NCBI GenBank assembly: GCA_963734995.1
Contig: CAVTJD010000007.1
Span: 339,496 to 403,495, forward strand
Length of the DNA stretch: 64,000 bases
Direction: 5' to 3'
Source: an uncultured Chloroflexia bacterium
GTDB lineage: Bacteria; Chloroflexota; Limnocylindria; Limnocylindrales; CSP1-4
In this document: piece after piece, positions 63,728 through 64,000 of the stretch
Layout: each line of letters starts with the position of its first letter
Numbering within the stretch: the stretch's first letter is position 1
Position numbers and translations under genes: made by a program
The notes under the pieces: model-generated
Database searches by the model: none
The model's input: the letters and a program-made list of their open reading frames with translations, nothing else
Told to the model about the DNA's origin: nothing

Positions 63728-64000
63728 TCAGGTCGCCTTGGGGTTCAGGAACCGGCAACGGTCGGCGACCGGGCACAGCTCGTGCTTGGGGTTCTGCGCG
63801 TGGCACATCGCCCGCCCATGGTGGATCAGGAGCACGTGCGCCGCGTACATCTGATCGGGCTCGAGCAGCCCCAGGTACAGATCGTGCGCCTGGTCGGCGG
63901 TCGCCTTCTCCGGGATCAGACCGATCCGCTTGCTGACCCGCTCGACATGGCGATCGACGGGCATCAACGGGCTGCCGAAGCAGAACAGGAGCACGATCGA
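63728..64000 (-). CDS. nth: Endonuclease III-like HhH-GPD glycosylase, C-terminal part (5' end beyond the right edge)
   Basis: …PVDRHVERVSKRIGLIP… (HhH-GPD region) and a C-terminal Cys cluster CHAQNPKHELCPVADRC. The frame is open to position 64000. Confidence 0.7.
   Translation of the reverse strand, partial: SIVLLFCFGSPLMPVDRHVERVSKRIGLIPEKATADQAHDLYLGLLEPDQMYAAHVLLIHHGRAMCHAQNPKHELCPVADRCRFLNPKAT

Noticed and set aside
1-64000. Searched for mobile elements, prophage genes, defence systems, rRNA and tRNA.
   Set aside because: No transposase, integrase, recombinase, cas, restriction, toxin or phage-like ORFs, and no RNA gene signatures, were recognisable in any frame.

Overview
High-GC (about 70%) bacterial chromosome, most likely Actinomycetota-like (uncertain). 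It is densely packed with housekeeping and accessory metabolic genes. I found no rRNA, tRNA, CRISPR array, transposase, integrase or phage genes, and no recognisable defence island.

Gene content from left to right:
- J-domain protein, then a TIGR03936-like protein.
- rplU-rpmA-rpmE and a methyltransferase.
- An ABC-2 exporter, an SDR and rbsK.
- On the minus strand, a Fur-family-controlled metal-uptake ABC operon, followed directly by a four-gene ferric-reductase-like / coiled-coil / coiled-coil / ApbE operon.
- A DsbA-like/VKOR pair.
- An MMPL transporter coupled to an AttH-like lipoprotein.
- kamA, a rhodanese, a GNAT, a DmpA-type peptidase and pabB-pabC.
- Several hypothetical proteins, including two DUF885-type proteins and a DUF433 protein.
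- OsmC/DUF302, then DUF59/PduO/BI-1.
- A 1322-aa GAF-GGDEF-GAF-GGDEF-EAL protein.
- Flavodoxin-like and F420-type reductase genes.
- TetR, then PadR with a membrane partner and an OafA-like acyltransferase.
- A sulfur-trafficking block: Rrf2-sufC-sufS-sufU, rhodanese-E1, cysO, cysM, mec.
- REC-HD-GYP and REC-Hpt regulators.
- xfp-ackA, a Usp protein, a nucleoside hydrolase, DUF885 and a partial nth.

Things worth a second look:
1. The ApbE operon has no canonical FMN-binding substrate domain.
2. The composite sulfur-relay cluster lacks sufB/sufD, and its CysO carries a 27-aa tail after the Gly-Gly end.
3. An 820-bp, roughly 77% GC stretch upstream of kamA has no codon periodicity.
4. A 536-bp repeat-laden convergent spacer lies after tetR.
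5. Paired palindromic boxes sit in the metal-uptake operon, and there are several other operator-like palindromes and tandem repeats.
6. Three apparent reading-frame breaks (MMPL, pabB, one hypothetical) all lie in G/C-rich sequence. They may be assembly indels rather than biology.

I cannot claim a clearly novel system from sequence alone. Coordinates of non-ORF features were read by eye and may be off by 1-2 nt.
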